IMG/VR virus record: IMGVR_UViG_3300042894_007218
Source: an uncultured virus (IMG/VR IMGVR_UViG_3300042894_007218)
Taxonomy: Duplodnaviria > Heunggongvirae > Uroviricota > Caudoviricetes
DNA: 64,000 nt
Reading direction: 5' to 3' (one strand)
Positions 10,479 to 21,500 of the stretch are shown piece after piece. The position numbers were made by a program, and so were the translations under genes. Under the pieces are notes generated by a model. That model was not told the origin of the DNA, did not search any database, and worked only from the letters and a program-made list of their open reading frames with translations. Numbering within the stretch: position 1 is the first letter of the stretch; every line of letters starts with the position of its first letter.

Positions 10479-13215
10479 TATGTTAAGTAGACTATCATCA
10501 TTTTCTGGACCACTTTCACCATTATTTAAAATACCAGTTGGTGGATTTACAACAGGTGGTTTAATTTTAAGATATGTTATAGGAGATACCGATTCTTATT
10601 CAGGAACTGGTAGTGTTATTGACTTAGTTGGTAATTCTAATGCGACTTTGTACAATGGTTCAACATATTCTATAAATGGTTACATAAATTTTGATGGTGC
10701 TAATGATTATTTATCAACAAATACATCACTTAATTCTAAATTATCACCAGCCAATACATCAACTATTATTTCACATTTTATTTGGGTGTACCCAACAGAT
10801 AATGGTGTTATTATTTCTGAGATTGGTCAGACCACATCAAACATATTGTGGCATGACTCACAGATTGAAATAGTTGGTGGAAATTTAAAATTTGGTTTAT
10901 GGACTGGAATTGGTGGTGTATCAAGTTTAAATTCTTCAATTTCAACACCTTTTTATAATTGGCACTATGTTGGTCTTACTTATGATGGTGCTACAATGAG
11001 AGGTTATGTTAACGGTCAATTAGCAGGTACTAAAAATCTTATAAGAGATACTCCTTATAATCTGGGTAGTACTGGATTACACTATGCTATTGCCACTGCG
11101 GATACTACAAGTTTAGGTGATGGTAGTCCATCCAAAATGAAGTTAGGTGATTTTCATGTTTATAACATAGCTCTTACTCAACAACAAATTCTTAATAACT
11201 ACAATTATACTAAATCTGATTATATTTATACTGGTAGTATGTCTATTTGGATTGATGCGAATGATCCGGAAAGTTTTTCAGGTGGTTCAGTTAATGATTT
11301 AAGTGGTAATAATTACACACATACTTTAACATCTGGTGCTACTTCATCTACAATATTTGGTTTCAAATCTTTTGATTGCACCACTGGGCTTAAAAGAATT
11401 GAAGTTAATGGTACAGGTCCTACATTACCAACAACTGGATATACATATGTTGCTTGGGCAAGACTTATAAGTAATAATTTCTCATCATATAGAACTTTGC
11501 TTTATACAAATGTATCAGGTGATAAATACACACCAATTACTATTCCCAATGGAACAAATACATTAGGATGGTGGGATATTAATGGTGGTGTGTTCAGAAC
11601 TTCTGGGTATGGTCTAACATCTTCCGTTGATGTTTGGGTTCAATATGCTGTTGTTGGAGATAATTCATCACATACATATTATATAAATGATACTCAAGTA
11701 GGAAACACAATTCCTTACGGTATTGGAACGACTACACATTGGGGATTAGGTAACAATGCTTTAGCTGGTCAGCCTTTTGGGTATGTTGGAAATATGATGT
11801 TTTATAGAAAAAAATTAACTCAAGTTGAAATTAAACAAAACTATGATGCTCTGAAAAATGTTTATAAAAATGGTGATTTTGTAGTTGATAATTTAAAACT
11901 TTATTTTAATCCAGCTAGTTATTTAAGTTATCCAAGTTCTGGAACAACTGTTACTGATTTAACTGGAAATTCATTAAATGGTACTTTATCAAATATTACA
12001 TTTACAAATCCATACTTTACATTTAACGGATCTAATTCACAAATTGTCATTACTGATAATTCCTTATTAGAACCGGGATCTGGTGATTGGACTATGGAAG
12101 TTTGGATAAATGTATCTAACTTCACAGGTAGTAGAGTTGTTTTAGGAAAAATTGCTCCTGGTGGTAACTCTTCCGATATATCATATGCTATTAGAATATT
12201 AAATGGTAATATTCGAGCTGACTTTAATAGTGGTGCCTTTTCAGCAGTGAGTACCGCAAACTATGCTTTAACATTAAATACTTGGTATCAATTTACTTAT
12301 GTGTTTAATAATGTATCAAATAATAATATAATTTCGTATGTGAATGGTCAATTCTCATCAACAACAACACATTCTTATACAAGTTTACAGAATACATCTA
12401 CAAATTTACATCTTGGTTCATATAATGGAGGTGCTACATTTCAACAATGGTTTAGTGGTAAAATGGGTATAGTAAGAATATATAGTTCTGCTTTAAGTGA
12501 TTCTGATGTCTTACAAAACTACAACGCTAATGCAGAACTTTATGGTCTAGAACGTTACGATCCTCAAATAGTAACCGATGGCTTATTATTACAATTAGAC
12601 GCTAATGATAACTCTTCTTATCCTGGTGCTGGAACTACTTGGTACGATATGTCTGGTGCTGGAAATGACATGACATTAGTAGACACTCCAACATTTGTTT
12701 CTGGTGCCATTTCATATTTTGATTTTAATGGAATAAACGAGTATGCGACAGGAACTGGTGTTACCGTTCCAACAACTTCATATACTAAATCGGTTTGGTT
12801 CTGGTTGGATGCTTACGTTGTTAATAATATAGTCAGTGGTTTTAATGGTGTTGGTGGTCACTTCTTGTTTATGGGTAATTCCACAAAAATACTTGTCGGT
12901 CATCATAATCAGGGTGTTGCTTTTAACACTTATCAGTCAAGTAGTTCGATAAATCTTAATACTTGGTATAATGTAACAGTGACGTTCAGCACTACAAGTG
13001 GATTTAAAATTTATATTAATGGTCAATTGGATAGTTCACATAATATGACACTTGCTCATTTAGGTAGTGGTACCACAAACTTAGGTTCTTACTCAAATTC
13101 TGGTGATAATTTTCTAAATGGTAGAATATCGAAAGTCTACACCTATAATAAAGTTTTGAGTGCTACTGAAATTTTACAAAATTTTGATGCTGATAGATAT
13201 CAATTTGGTATTTAA
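10471..13215 (+). CDS. Tandem LamG/concanavalin A-like lectin domain protein (four repeats), probable receptor-binding or virion decoration protein
   Basis: Four repeats of L..DA....SY.G.G....DL.GN ... W......Y.NG ... Y...L...EI.QNY; start may be 10480. Confidence 0.75.
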   Translation: MINMLSRLSSFSGPLSPLFKIPVGGFTTGGLILRYVIGDTDSYSGTGSVIDLVGNSNATLYNGSTYSINGYINFDGANDYLSTNTSLNSKLSPANTSTIISHFIWVYPTDNGVIISEIGQTTSNILWHDSQIEIVGGNLKFGLWTGIGGVSSLNSSISTPFYNWHYVGLTYDGATMRGYVNGQLAGTKNLIRDTPYNLGSTGLHYAIATADTTSLGDGSPSKMKLGDFHVYNIALTQQQILNNYNYTKSDYIYTGSMSIWIDANDPESFSGGSVNDLSGNNYTHTLTSGATSSTIFGFKSFDCTTGLKRIEVNGTGPTLPTTGYTYVAWARLISNNFSSYRTLLYTNVSGDKYTPITIPNGTNTLGWWDINGGVFRTSGYGLTSSVDVWVQYAVVGDNSSHTYYINDTQVGNTIPYGIGTTTHWGLGNNALAGQPFGYVGNMMFYRKKLTQVEIKQNYDALKNVYKNGDFVVDNLKLYFNPASYLSYPSSGTTVTDLTGNSLNGTLSNITFTNPYFTFNGSNSQIVITDNSLLEPGSGDWTMEVWINVSNFTGSRVVLGKIAPGGNSSDISYAIRILNGNIRADFNSGAFSAVSTANYALTLNTWYQFTYVFNNVSNNNIISYVNGQFSSTTTHSYTSLQNTSTNLHLGSYNGGATFQQWFSGKMGIVRIYSSALSDSDVLQNYNANAELYGLERYDPQIVTDGLLLQLDANDNSSYPGAGTTWYDMSGAGNDMTLVDTPTFVSGAISYFDFNGINEYATGTGVTVPTTSYTKSVWFWLDAYVVNNIVSGFNGVGGHFLFMGNSTKILVGHHNQGVAFNTYQSSSSINLNTWYNVTVTFSTTSGFKIYINGQLDSSHNMTLAHLGSGTTNLGSYSNSGDNFLNGRISKVYTYNKVLSATEILQNFDADRYQFGI

Positions 13216-13244
13216 TCTGGTTTTATAGTTTTAATATATACTTT

Positions 13245-14264
13245 ATGATGATTAAAAGATATTTACAATTTATCAATGAATCTGATCAATTCAATTTAGG
13301 ACTTTATTTAACTGAACCTACTCAAGATGGTAGTTGCTTATGTGATGATGAGTATGTTATGAATATCATTAATCGTTATATCAATGATAATCAAGAACTT
13401 TATGGTGGTGAAGATATCAATCAAGATATTGATTTAGAAAATGCGGTCAATCTTTTAGATGATAGAATCAAATTAGAAATAAAACAACAAATTGATGAAT
13501 ATTTAGAAATGGGAATTGTGGAAAAAGAGCCACAAATACATCCATCTACTGATACTACAGAACTTTTAGGTGAATCTGTACAAGTTCAATCTGAGATATC
13601 TGTTGCCGGTAAAGGTATTTTTACATCATTTTTAAAGTCTTTAACAGCACTTGGTCAGAAAGAATCAAATCTTAATTGGGATTTATGTCCTGATGATTTT
13701 TTACTTTATTATTATTTTCCGAATTTAGAATCTGAAGTAGTAAAACAAATCTTTTCAAGATTTAAGTCGCTTACTAGATACTTACATTTAGTGGATTATC
13801 AACAAAATAATTTAAATCTATACTTTGGTGTTAACACTTTTGGTGAATTTGAATACGGAATACAATATGAACAAAGATTTCCAATTGGTCAATTTAAATT
13901 ATCACAGTCTGTAATAAAATGGTTGTTGTCTTTAGAATCTAAATCAGCTCAGTCTTTGAAAAAAGAAATAGTTAATTTAAACTACTTAGATTTATTAACA
14001 CTTGGTCAAATTAAAAGAGATATGACAACATTCACACCTGGCTATTTCGAAAAGAGACTGTATCCAATGTTAAGAGATAGAGTAATTACTTTTGGTTTCT
14101 ATGGTATTGGTCGTTGGGACAATGGAAAATTAGATGAAGGTGAATATCAAAATTTGAAAACAAACTTTACAAATTGGTTAATGTCAAAAAAATGGGGAAG
14201 TAAAGTCCTTATAAGTGTTAAACCAGAATCTTTCTGGCTTTATTTCCATTTAAAATTAAAATAA
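13245..14264 (+). CDS. Hypothetical protein with MIKRYLQFINES N-terminal motif
   Basis: 339 aa ORF, AATATATA 4 nt upstream. Confidence 0.6.
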   Translation: MMIKRYLQFINESDQFNLGLYLTEPTQDGSCLCDDEYVMNIINRYINDNQELYGGEDINQDIDLENAVNLLDDRIKLEIKQQIDEYLEMGIVEKEPQIHPSTDTTELLGESVQVQSEISVAGKGIFTSFLKSLTALGQKESNLNWDLCPDDFLLYYYFPNLESEVVKQIFSRFKSLTRYLHLVDYQQNNLNLYFGVNTFGEFEYGIQYEQRFPIGQFKLSQSVIKWLLSLESKSAQSLKKEIVNLNYLDLLTLGQIKRDMTTFTPGYFEKRLYPMLRDRVITFGFYGIGRWDNGKLDEGEYQNLKTNFTNWLMSKKWGSKVLISVKPESFWLYFHLKLK

Positions 14265-14267
14265 GAT

Positions 14268-14648
14268 ATGAAGTTGGTAAAAAAATATGAAGCATTTATT
14301 GGTAAAGAAATTTCTCAAGAATTTGATGCTGACTTTGCGATGGCTAAAATCAAACATTTTTATAGTGAATATGAAGTTAAGGATCTTTTTGATGATGAAC
14401 TACCTAATTGGGTTGATGATTCTGTATATCAGAATTTTGAAGATGTGTGTGATTGGTTCTATGATAACTCAATAGATGATTCAGATATTAAGAAAAACAT
14501 AGCAATATCTGTTTCGGATATTGTATCTGATCAACTAATAGATTGGTATGAAAGAGAATTCAAAATTGAACTTACGGAGCCTCAAAGAGAAGAACTATCA
14601 AAAAGAATTATCAAAACATACGAAGGTATAGATCCAAACAACTATTAA
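14268..14648 (+). CDS. Hypothetical protein with MKLVKKYEAF N-terminal motif
   Basis: 126 aa acidic ORF. Confidence 0.55.
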   Translation: MKLVKKYEAFIGKEISQEFDADFAMAKIKHFYSEYEVKDLFDDELPNWVDDSVYQNFEDVCDWFYDNSIDDSDIKKNIAISVSDIVSDQLIDWYEREFKIELTEPQREELSKRIIKTYEGIDPNNY

Positions 14649-14689
14649 TTTTAATTTGATTAGAAAACTGAGTTGTGAATATATAACTC

Positions 14690-15022
14690 ATGTTTAATAT
14701 TTACCTTATTTCTTCTGAAATTAATGGTCACAAACTTCACAAAATAGGATACACCAGAAGATTGGTAGAAACTAGAGTAAAAGAGTTCAAAACAGGAAAT
14801 GCATCCGAGTTTGAAATTGTAGATACGTTCAAATCAAAATGGGGAACTAAAATAGAATCACAATTACATAGAATTTTTAAATCAAAAAAACTATCAGGTG
14901 AGTGGTTTGAATTAGATGATAAAGACATAGAACTATTTAATGAACACTGTCAAAAAATTCACGATAACTTAGAATTGATTTCTAAAAACAACTCCTACTA
15001 TCAAGAACGAGGTGATTTCTAA
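14690..15022 (+). CDS. GIY-YIG superfamily nuclease (T5orf172/Mug113-like)
   Basis: IYLI...KIGYT....R......GN...E..LH..F......GEWF motif. Confidence 0.8.
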   Translation: MFNIYLISSEINGHKLHKIGYTRRLVETRVKEFKTGNASEFEIVDTFKSKWGTKIESQLHRIFKSKKLSGEWFELDDKDIELFNEHCQKIHDNLELISKNNSYYQERGDF

Positions 15023-15066
15023 ACAACAGACATATTTTAATATATAAATAAAAAATAATTTGTGCT

Positions 15067-15339
15067 ATGAGTTCAATGAAAGAGGCGGCAATTAGAGATT
15101 ATGTTTCTCGTATTGATTTTAAAAATGATGACTGGAAACTATCTAAAATCAAAGAAGATATGCGTAAATTCTTAGGTGAAGAACCAGGAATTGACGTTAT
15201 TTACAAAAAAGATGTTATGATTAACGAAGTAACTGGTAAAGCTCAGGAGATAAAAGATATTGACAAAGTACAAATTATATTTTTTGATACTGATGAAAGA
15301 TTCAAAAAGATTGAGTTTACAGTAAATGAAATTTTATAA
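15067..15339 (+). CDS. Hypothetical protein
   Basis: 90 aa ORF in tightly packed operon. Confidence 0.55.
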   Translation: MSSMKEAAIRDYVSRIDFKNDDWKLSKIKEDMRKFLGEEPGIDVIYKKDVMINEVTGKAQEIKDIDKVQIIFFDTDERFKKIEFTVNEIL

Positions 15340-15341
15340 TT

Positions 15342-15554
15342 ATGAAGATCGAAAACTATTACTTGGATTTAGAAAAAGTTAATTCTTTGTCAACAAAAGA
15401 AGAAAAAGAACAAATACACAGATATTATATGGATATGATGCACTCTTTCACCGAGGGTAGAAATTCTATAGGAATGTCAATATTTAACACTTTAAATCAG
15501 TCTGACTATCTTAAAGAAATTAGATCTGAAAAAATTGATAAAGTATTATCATGA
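15342..15554 (+). CDS. Hypothetical protein with C-terminal RSEKIDKVLS motif
   Basis: 70 aa ORF, ATGA overlap with next gene. Confidence 0.55.
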   Translation: MKIENYYLDLEKVNSLSTKEEKEQIHRYYMDMMHSFTEGRNSIGMSIFNTLNQSDYLKEIRSEKIDKVLS

Positions 15555-15859
15555 CAGTAGATATTCTTGATTATATCGGAAAACACGAAAATGGTATTTT
15601 TGTTCTTCTTTCTATTGGATATGAAGAAGAATTTTATGAGGCAACTTTCTTTTATAGAGATACTTTCGTCGTATTAACGGTAGAAGAATCTCTTGAAAAA
15701 AAATTAGGCTGTGAGATAGAAGATTGGGATGGATACGGTAAAGTAATGTATGGAATAATTGAAAAGTTAGTTCCGTATGAAGAAATGATAACTAAAGTTA
15801 AAGATTTCAATCCTGATGAATACGGTCTTTATCTTGACGATAACTCTAATCCTGAATAA
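15551..15859 (+). CDS. Hypothetical protein
   Basis: 102 aa acidic ORF. Confidence 0.55.
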   Translation: MTVDILDYIGKHENGIFVLLSIGYEEEFYEATFFYRDTFVVLTVEESLEKKLGCEIEDWDGYGKVMYGIIEKLVPYEEMITKVKDFNPDEYGLYLDDNSNPE

Positions 15860-15909
15860 CTAAAACTTCTTTTCTAATTTAAGATATAAGTATAAAATAA
15901 TACTTATTA

Positions 15910-17610
15910 ATGTTAATTAGTGAAATTGGAATACGTGGTTATAAATCTTTTGGAAATAACGAACAAATTGTAAAACTAAATACAGAGAATGGTGAGTTGG
16001 TTCTTCTTGTTGGAAAGAACGGAAACGGAAAATCATCTCTTTTAGAATCTTTTGAATATACACTTTATGGTAAAGTGAAATCCGGTAAAACAAAAAAATG
16101 GCATAAATTGTCAACTCTTCCAAATCGTATTAATGGTGAAATGTTAAATAGAATAAAGTTTCAATCATCTGGTACTGAGGTTGAAATAAAAAGAGGAATT
16201 GGACCATCTGTATTAGATTTAATCGAGAATGGTGTAATAAATGAAAGAGCTGGTAAAGCAAATATTGATGAAAAGATAGAAAAATATATTGGCATGGATA
16301 TAGAGACATTTAAGTCATTTATATCAATGTCTATTAATGATTTCAAAAACTTTATCTCTCTTACAAACGAAGAAAAACAACTTTTATTAGATAAGCTTTT
16401 TAATCTTGAAGTAATTAATATCTTAAATGCAATATTAAAAGATATTAATAAAAACAATAAAATCAGAATGGCTTCTTTAGATTCTGAAATAAAAACATTA
16501 GATGATTCAATTGATTCAATTAAAAGGTCTATAGATAAAGCAATTGAAAAGGAAAAAGAAAATATCCAGGTTGAGATTGAAGATTTATTAACTGAAATGA
16601 ATTCTAAAAAAGATGACTATAAAATACTCAAAGAAAAAGTAGAAAAAATTAAATCCAAAGAAAATGAATTATCCGAAGAACTTGATGTTGAAAAAAGACA
16701 ATACATTAATACACAAAATGATATCAAAAATGTACAACGAGAAATTGACCTTTATGATTCGGGAAAATGTCCTACTTGTCGAACAGATTTTGATTCTGAC
16801 CACTTTATTAGTCTCAGAGCTACTCTGGTAGAAAAAAAAGAAGGTTATAATAGCGTGCTTAAAGAAATTGAAGAAAGCATTAAATTGATAAAAGAAAAAC
16901 AACAGAAATTAAAAAATTTATCTGAAAAGACTACGACTTCTTTTAATGATTTAAATTATCTTCTTAAAAATTACAAAGTTCAAATAGAAAAACTTCAACA
17001 GAAAAAACAAAAAGAATCCGGTCAAGAGTCCATCAATGTTCAAGAGTTTCAAAATACAATAGTTGAATTATCCGAAAAGAAGTCTGTTTCTCAAGAAGGC
17101 GCAACTATCTGTAAAGAAAAAGAAATGTACTATAAAGAATTAAATAGAATTTTAAGTGAAGATGGTGTCAAAAAGGCAATTATTTCAGGAATTATTAAAC
17201 CAATCAACCACTTTATTTCGGAAAATTGTAAAAAGATGTTACTTCCTTTTGAAGTAAAATTAGACGAGACATTTACTGCTGAAATTAAAAGTTTAGGTAC
17301 TGCAGTCGAACATGATACGTTATCAACTGGTGAAACTAAGAAAATTAATATCGCTATCTTAATTGCTTATTTAAAATTAATTAGAACAAAAAAACACATC
17401 AATATTCTTTTCTTAGACGAGGTTTTCTCATCAATTGACTTAGAAGGTATTGATTCAATTTTATTATTGTTAAAATCGTTTGCCAATGACTATAATATTA
17501 ATATCTTTGTAGTTCATCATGCAATTTTAAGTGAAGAAATGTTTGATAGAATTTTAAAAATCAATAAAGAGGTCTTTACTTCAATTGAAGAAGTAAGTTA
17601 TGAAAATTGA
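15910..17610 (+). CDS. SbcC/Rad50/T4 gp46-like recombination ATPase
   Basis: Walker A GKNGNGKS, coiled coils with CPTC zinc hook, signature LSTGE, Walker B LFLDE, H-loop VVHH. Confidence 0.9.
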   Translation: MLISEIGIRGYKSFGNNEQIVKLNTENGELVLLVGKNGNGKSSLLESFEYTLYGKVKSGKTKKWHKLSTLPNRINGEMLNRIKFQSSGTEVEIKRGIGPSVLDLIENGVINERAGKANIDEKIEKYIGMDIETFKSFISMSINDFKNFISLTNEEKQLLLDKLFNLEVINILNAILKDINKNNKIRMASLDSEIKTLDDSIDSIKRSIDKAIEKEKENIQVEIEDLLTEMNSKKDDYKILKEKVEKIKSKENELSEELDVEKRQYINTQNDIKNVQREIDLYDSGKCPTCRTDFDSDHFISLRATLVEKKEGYNSVLKEIEESIKLIKEKQQKLKNLSEKTTTSFNDLNYLLKNYKVQIEKLQQKKQKESGQESINVQEFQNTIVELSEKKSVSQEGATICKEKEMYYKELNRILSEDGVKKAIISGIIKPINHFISENCKKMLLPFEVKLDETFTAEIKSLGTAVEHDTLSTGETKKINIAILIAYLKLIRTKKHINILFLDEVFSSIDLEGIDSILLLLKSFANDYNINIFVVHHAILSEEMFDRILKINKEVFTSIEEVSYEN

Positions 17611-17650
17611 CGAGTTGATAATTTAATAAATAAAATAAAATTGTAAAATT

Positions 17651-17842
17651 ATGTTAATAGTAGAGGTGAATGCAAAACAACCAATTGAAAGAGCACTTAA
17701 AGTCTTAAAAAGAAAATGGGACAAATCAAAGGCTATGAAAATTCTAAGAGATAAAAAAGAATTCACAAAAAAATCAGTTAAAAGAAGAAGTGAGATTGGT
17801 AGAGCTAAGTATGTTCAAAAAAAATACAGAAGCAACGATTAA
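17651..17842 (+). CDS. rpsU: Ribosomal protein bS21 (Bacteroidota type)
   Basis: 63 aa basic; MLIV....PIERALK..KRK......LR....F.K.SV.RR......Y54. Confidence 0.85.
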   Translation: MLIVEVNAKQPIERALKVLKRKWDKSKAMKILRDKKEFTKKSVKRRSEIGRAKYVQKKYRSND

Positions 17843-18558
17843 TGAATAAAAATAAAAACTATTACTCAATCTTAGGTGTTGCAAAAGACGCAGAAGAAAA
17901 AGTGATAAAAAAATCTTATTATAAACTATCTTTTGAGCACCATCCTGATAAAGGTGGGGATCCTGTTGTTTTTGCTGAAATGACAGAAGCATATGATGTC
18001 CTTTGTTCTGAACTTAGAAAAGAGTATGATCTTAAAAGTAAATTTGGAAATGCATATAACGAATACTTTGAATTATTTGATATCAACGTTGATTTTTCTT
18101 TTGAACAGGGTAAAGATAAATTAGAACAGTTTAAAAAGAATGAGGTCTATAATATTCAAATTGAAGTTAGTGATGATTTTAAGGGTAAATTAGAATATGA
18201 AAGATGGGTCAAATGTAAAACTTGTGATGGTTCTGGTAAAGACCTTTCCTCAAAAATTGTTATAAAAGACAACGATGGAAACGTAGTTAAAGTTTTTGAC
18301 TCTGATGATGGTTGTGATTTTTGTGAAGGTTCTGGTAAAGATTGGGCTGGTAATCCGTGTCATTTTTGCCAAGGACAAGGAAAAGTTGGCATCAATCCAT
18401 GTAAGAGTTGTGATGGAGAAAAACGAATTCTTGGTAAACAAAAAATTAATGGCATCAAATTGACTGGACAAGAAACAAAAATAGACACTATGGGTCATTT
18501 TTCAAAAGATGGTATTGTTGGTTATCTTTTGTTGAAAAAAAAATTATCCACCAAATAA
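17842..18558 (+). CDS. dnaJ: DnaJ-like co-chaperone (J domain plus Cys-rich zinc finger, short C-terminus)
   Basis: NYYSILGV, HPD motif, four CxxCxGxG-type repeats. Confidence 0.85.
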   Translation: MNKNKNYYSILGVAKDAEEKVIKKSYYKLSFEHHPDKGGDPVVFAEMTEAYDVLCSELRKEYDLKSKFGNAYNEYFELFDINVDFSFEQGKDKLEQFKKNEVYNIQIEVSDDFKGKLEYERWVKCKTCDGSGKDLSSKIVIKDNDGNVVKVFDSDDGCDFCEGSGKDWAGNPCHFCQGQGKVGINPCKSCDGEKRILGKQKINGIKLTGQETKIDTMGHFSKDGIVGYLLLKKKLSTK

Positions 18559-21500
18559 AGTAATCTCCTGTGGTGTTTCAAATATACCAGTTGCTTCTAA
18601 ACTACTTGCTATACTAACACCACCTACTGAACTTCCAACACCCCCTACTGAACTTCCAATACCAGCACCTACACCTGTGTATAAATCATACTGTTGAGTT
18701 ACATCAAAACTATCTAAACCTATATTTATATTATCCAAAAATACAAAATTTGAATCACTGTAATCAATAAATGGTGCAATACCTTGAAGTGGAACTTGAA
18801 CACCAACATTAATAGTTTCTGATGTAAAGTATTTAAAGAATGGTATCATATCCACCTCGTATAGATTTAAGTTATCAATAACAAAACTTGATTGAGAAGC
18901 TCCGTATAAACCACTGCCTCTAAAATGCATAGCTAAGTGTCGTTTATTATAAAAATACTCGACTTTTCTTATTTTTGGTGTTTCTAAAAAGTTTATATTC
19001 TGATATACTGGTAAAAAGGTTGATGCAATTTGTGTATTATAAAGTCCTGCTGGCCATGTGATTTCTCTTGTTATGTAGTTAACATTATTGAAATGTATTA
19101 CCGGTTCAATAACATTTGCTCCTTTAAAACCACTGAATTTTCCAAATGTATATGGGTTTTGAGTATTTTCGTATTCTGTATTATTGACTGAGTAGGTTAC
19201 TAAATCAAATTCAATTATTGTATATCTATTTTTTTCTATTTCTGAATTCAATCTGTTGTTTACATTAAAAGTTGGATTTTGAATATCCAAAATACCACCC
19301 GATCCTATAGATTCGACTTTTAACTCTTTACCAGTTATTAGTTGCTGACCTATATCAGTTGTTCTTGAGAAAGTTATTGATACTGGACTACTCCATGAAT
19401 ATGTCCAACCTTGGTCTAAGAAAGTTTGAGCATTGGAGTTTGTTCCAGCTGGATTAAAATAGTTTTCAAATGAACTTGAATCTCCTATATAATCTCCAAA
19501 AGTTTTATACTTAGTTCCTAATTTATAATTTCTAAAAGTTACAGAAAATGAATCTCTAAAATTTGAACTTGATGAAAGAACATCATTTGTCACATATCCA
19601 TATAGATTATTCTCTGCATATGATTTATCAGATACTGAATTAATAAGTGTTTGTGGTTTTCCTACATTTGATGCTGAAGTCTCATCATAATATAAATCCA
19701 TCCAGGAATTATAAATAAAAACGGTATCTGGTTCCAATGATTGGTTTGATGTGGCTTTTGATATGTTTGAGCTTTTAAAATTCATATTTTGAATAACACC
19801 ACTGGCATTTTGTACAGTAATTTCACCTGTTTCGTTATTTGAATTTTGACCCCAATCTAAATCTGTTACTACAAGAGTGTTATGTGGTACTTCTATCACT
19901 GTTGTTTCGCCATCATATTGTGGATTGATTGATTTAATATCTTTATCAATGGTTATCACATCACCAACTGCTAATCCATGTGGAATTGAAAATGTTAGTC
20001 CTACTTTAGCATCTGAGTAAACGGTGTCTACAAATGGTGGAATTGTCACATTTGTTGACTTAAAATGACCACCTTCAAATTTTCCATCAATCCAATGAGT
20101 ATCGTTCATTGCTGTAATTAACGGATATCCTCTAAATAGACCGTAGTTCCAAACTCCAGTAAAATATCCATTTAAGAATGCTCCTGATAACCAAATGTTT
20201 TTTGTTACTTTAATTTTGTGAAATTTAGAATCTCTCTCAATTCTGAGGTAAGGAAAAGTTGTATCTGATTCTACTGTGATATAACCAATTCTATCATTTA
20301 TTCCTGAGGCCGAGGCTGCAATTATTTGTAAACTACTTTTAAATAATTTTCTATCTTCATTAATATCTATTGCTACAATATTTCCTATTGAAACAATATC
20401 TCCAACTGCAAATTCTTGAACTGATGTTGAAGGTCCTATCATTCTCCATCTCCATCTAGAATCAGACACGGATCTAATTGATAAATCTATGTCATCAAAA
20501 TCTTTTGCTACTTCATCTTCTCGCCAACCATTGTTCCATACTCCATTTTCCCATATACCAGATTTGAATTTACCATTTCCTATTTTTGAGTAAATTTTAT
20601 TAATTACAAGCGATGAAGTGGCATTTATTGTGTTTCCATTACCAACAAAAGCTGAGTAAGTTGCATTTGTTAAATTAGTTGTGATATTCGGAAGTGTCAT
20701 TGAATATAAATCATTGTTTCCTGGGTGATAACCACCTTCAATGTTCATATTACTTAACACAATTAATGATTGAGTTGCACTTTTTGATCCGATTATTGTT
20801 ATATATCTTGAGCCTTGAATTCCAAAAAATGATGCATCTATTTGACCACTATCCGTAATTTCTCCTAAAAGAGTGGAACTGTTTTTATAAGAAACAATTG
20901 ATGCCGTAGCTGTAGAGATTGGTGGTGCGTCATTAGATACGTAGATTTCTATACCATCCGTAAGACCACCCGATATTTTTTCATAGTTAAAGTAAAAATT
21001 AAAAAATTGAAAGTTCACAAATTTTGTTAAATAGTTATTTTCTCTGAAAACCGAATCTGAAAATTTTGTCTCATTTAAGCCACCAACAGGATAGTTGGAA
21101 CTTGTATCATCATCAAACCACAAATACGCGGATTGAGTTGTCGAGTCAATATATCTCCAACCTAAAGTATGACTTGTTGTACCAACTGTGTTTATTTGAC
21201 CATCATCTGCTAACATAAATCCTTGTACTTTCCAGTTTAATTCAGAGATCTCAATACCAGATACACCTGGTGCATTTGTCAGTGATGTTGCTGTTCCAAA
21301 TAATCCATTTGCTCTATAAATTGCGTAATTGGATGAGAAAACTTGAGTTGATGGACTTGAATGAAAATACATTGTCGTACTGGTTGGAAGTGGCGATGTT
21401 ACTACATTTATGCTAAATCGATCAGGCCAAGCCGGTGATATTGAAAAAGACATACCAGTCGTAATATAATCAAATTTTCTAATTGTAGTTTTGAATAAGT

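Noticed and set aside
14690..15022. GIY-YIG ORF as intron-encoded homing endonuclease
   Set aside because: Free-standing between intact ORFs with its own upstream motif; no split gene or intron structure seen.
18616..18657. 21-bp tandem duplication
   Set aside because: Only a low-complexity GSSVGGV coding duplication near a C-terminus.
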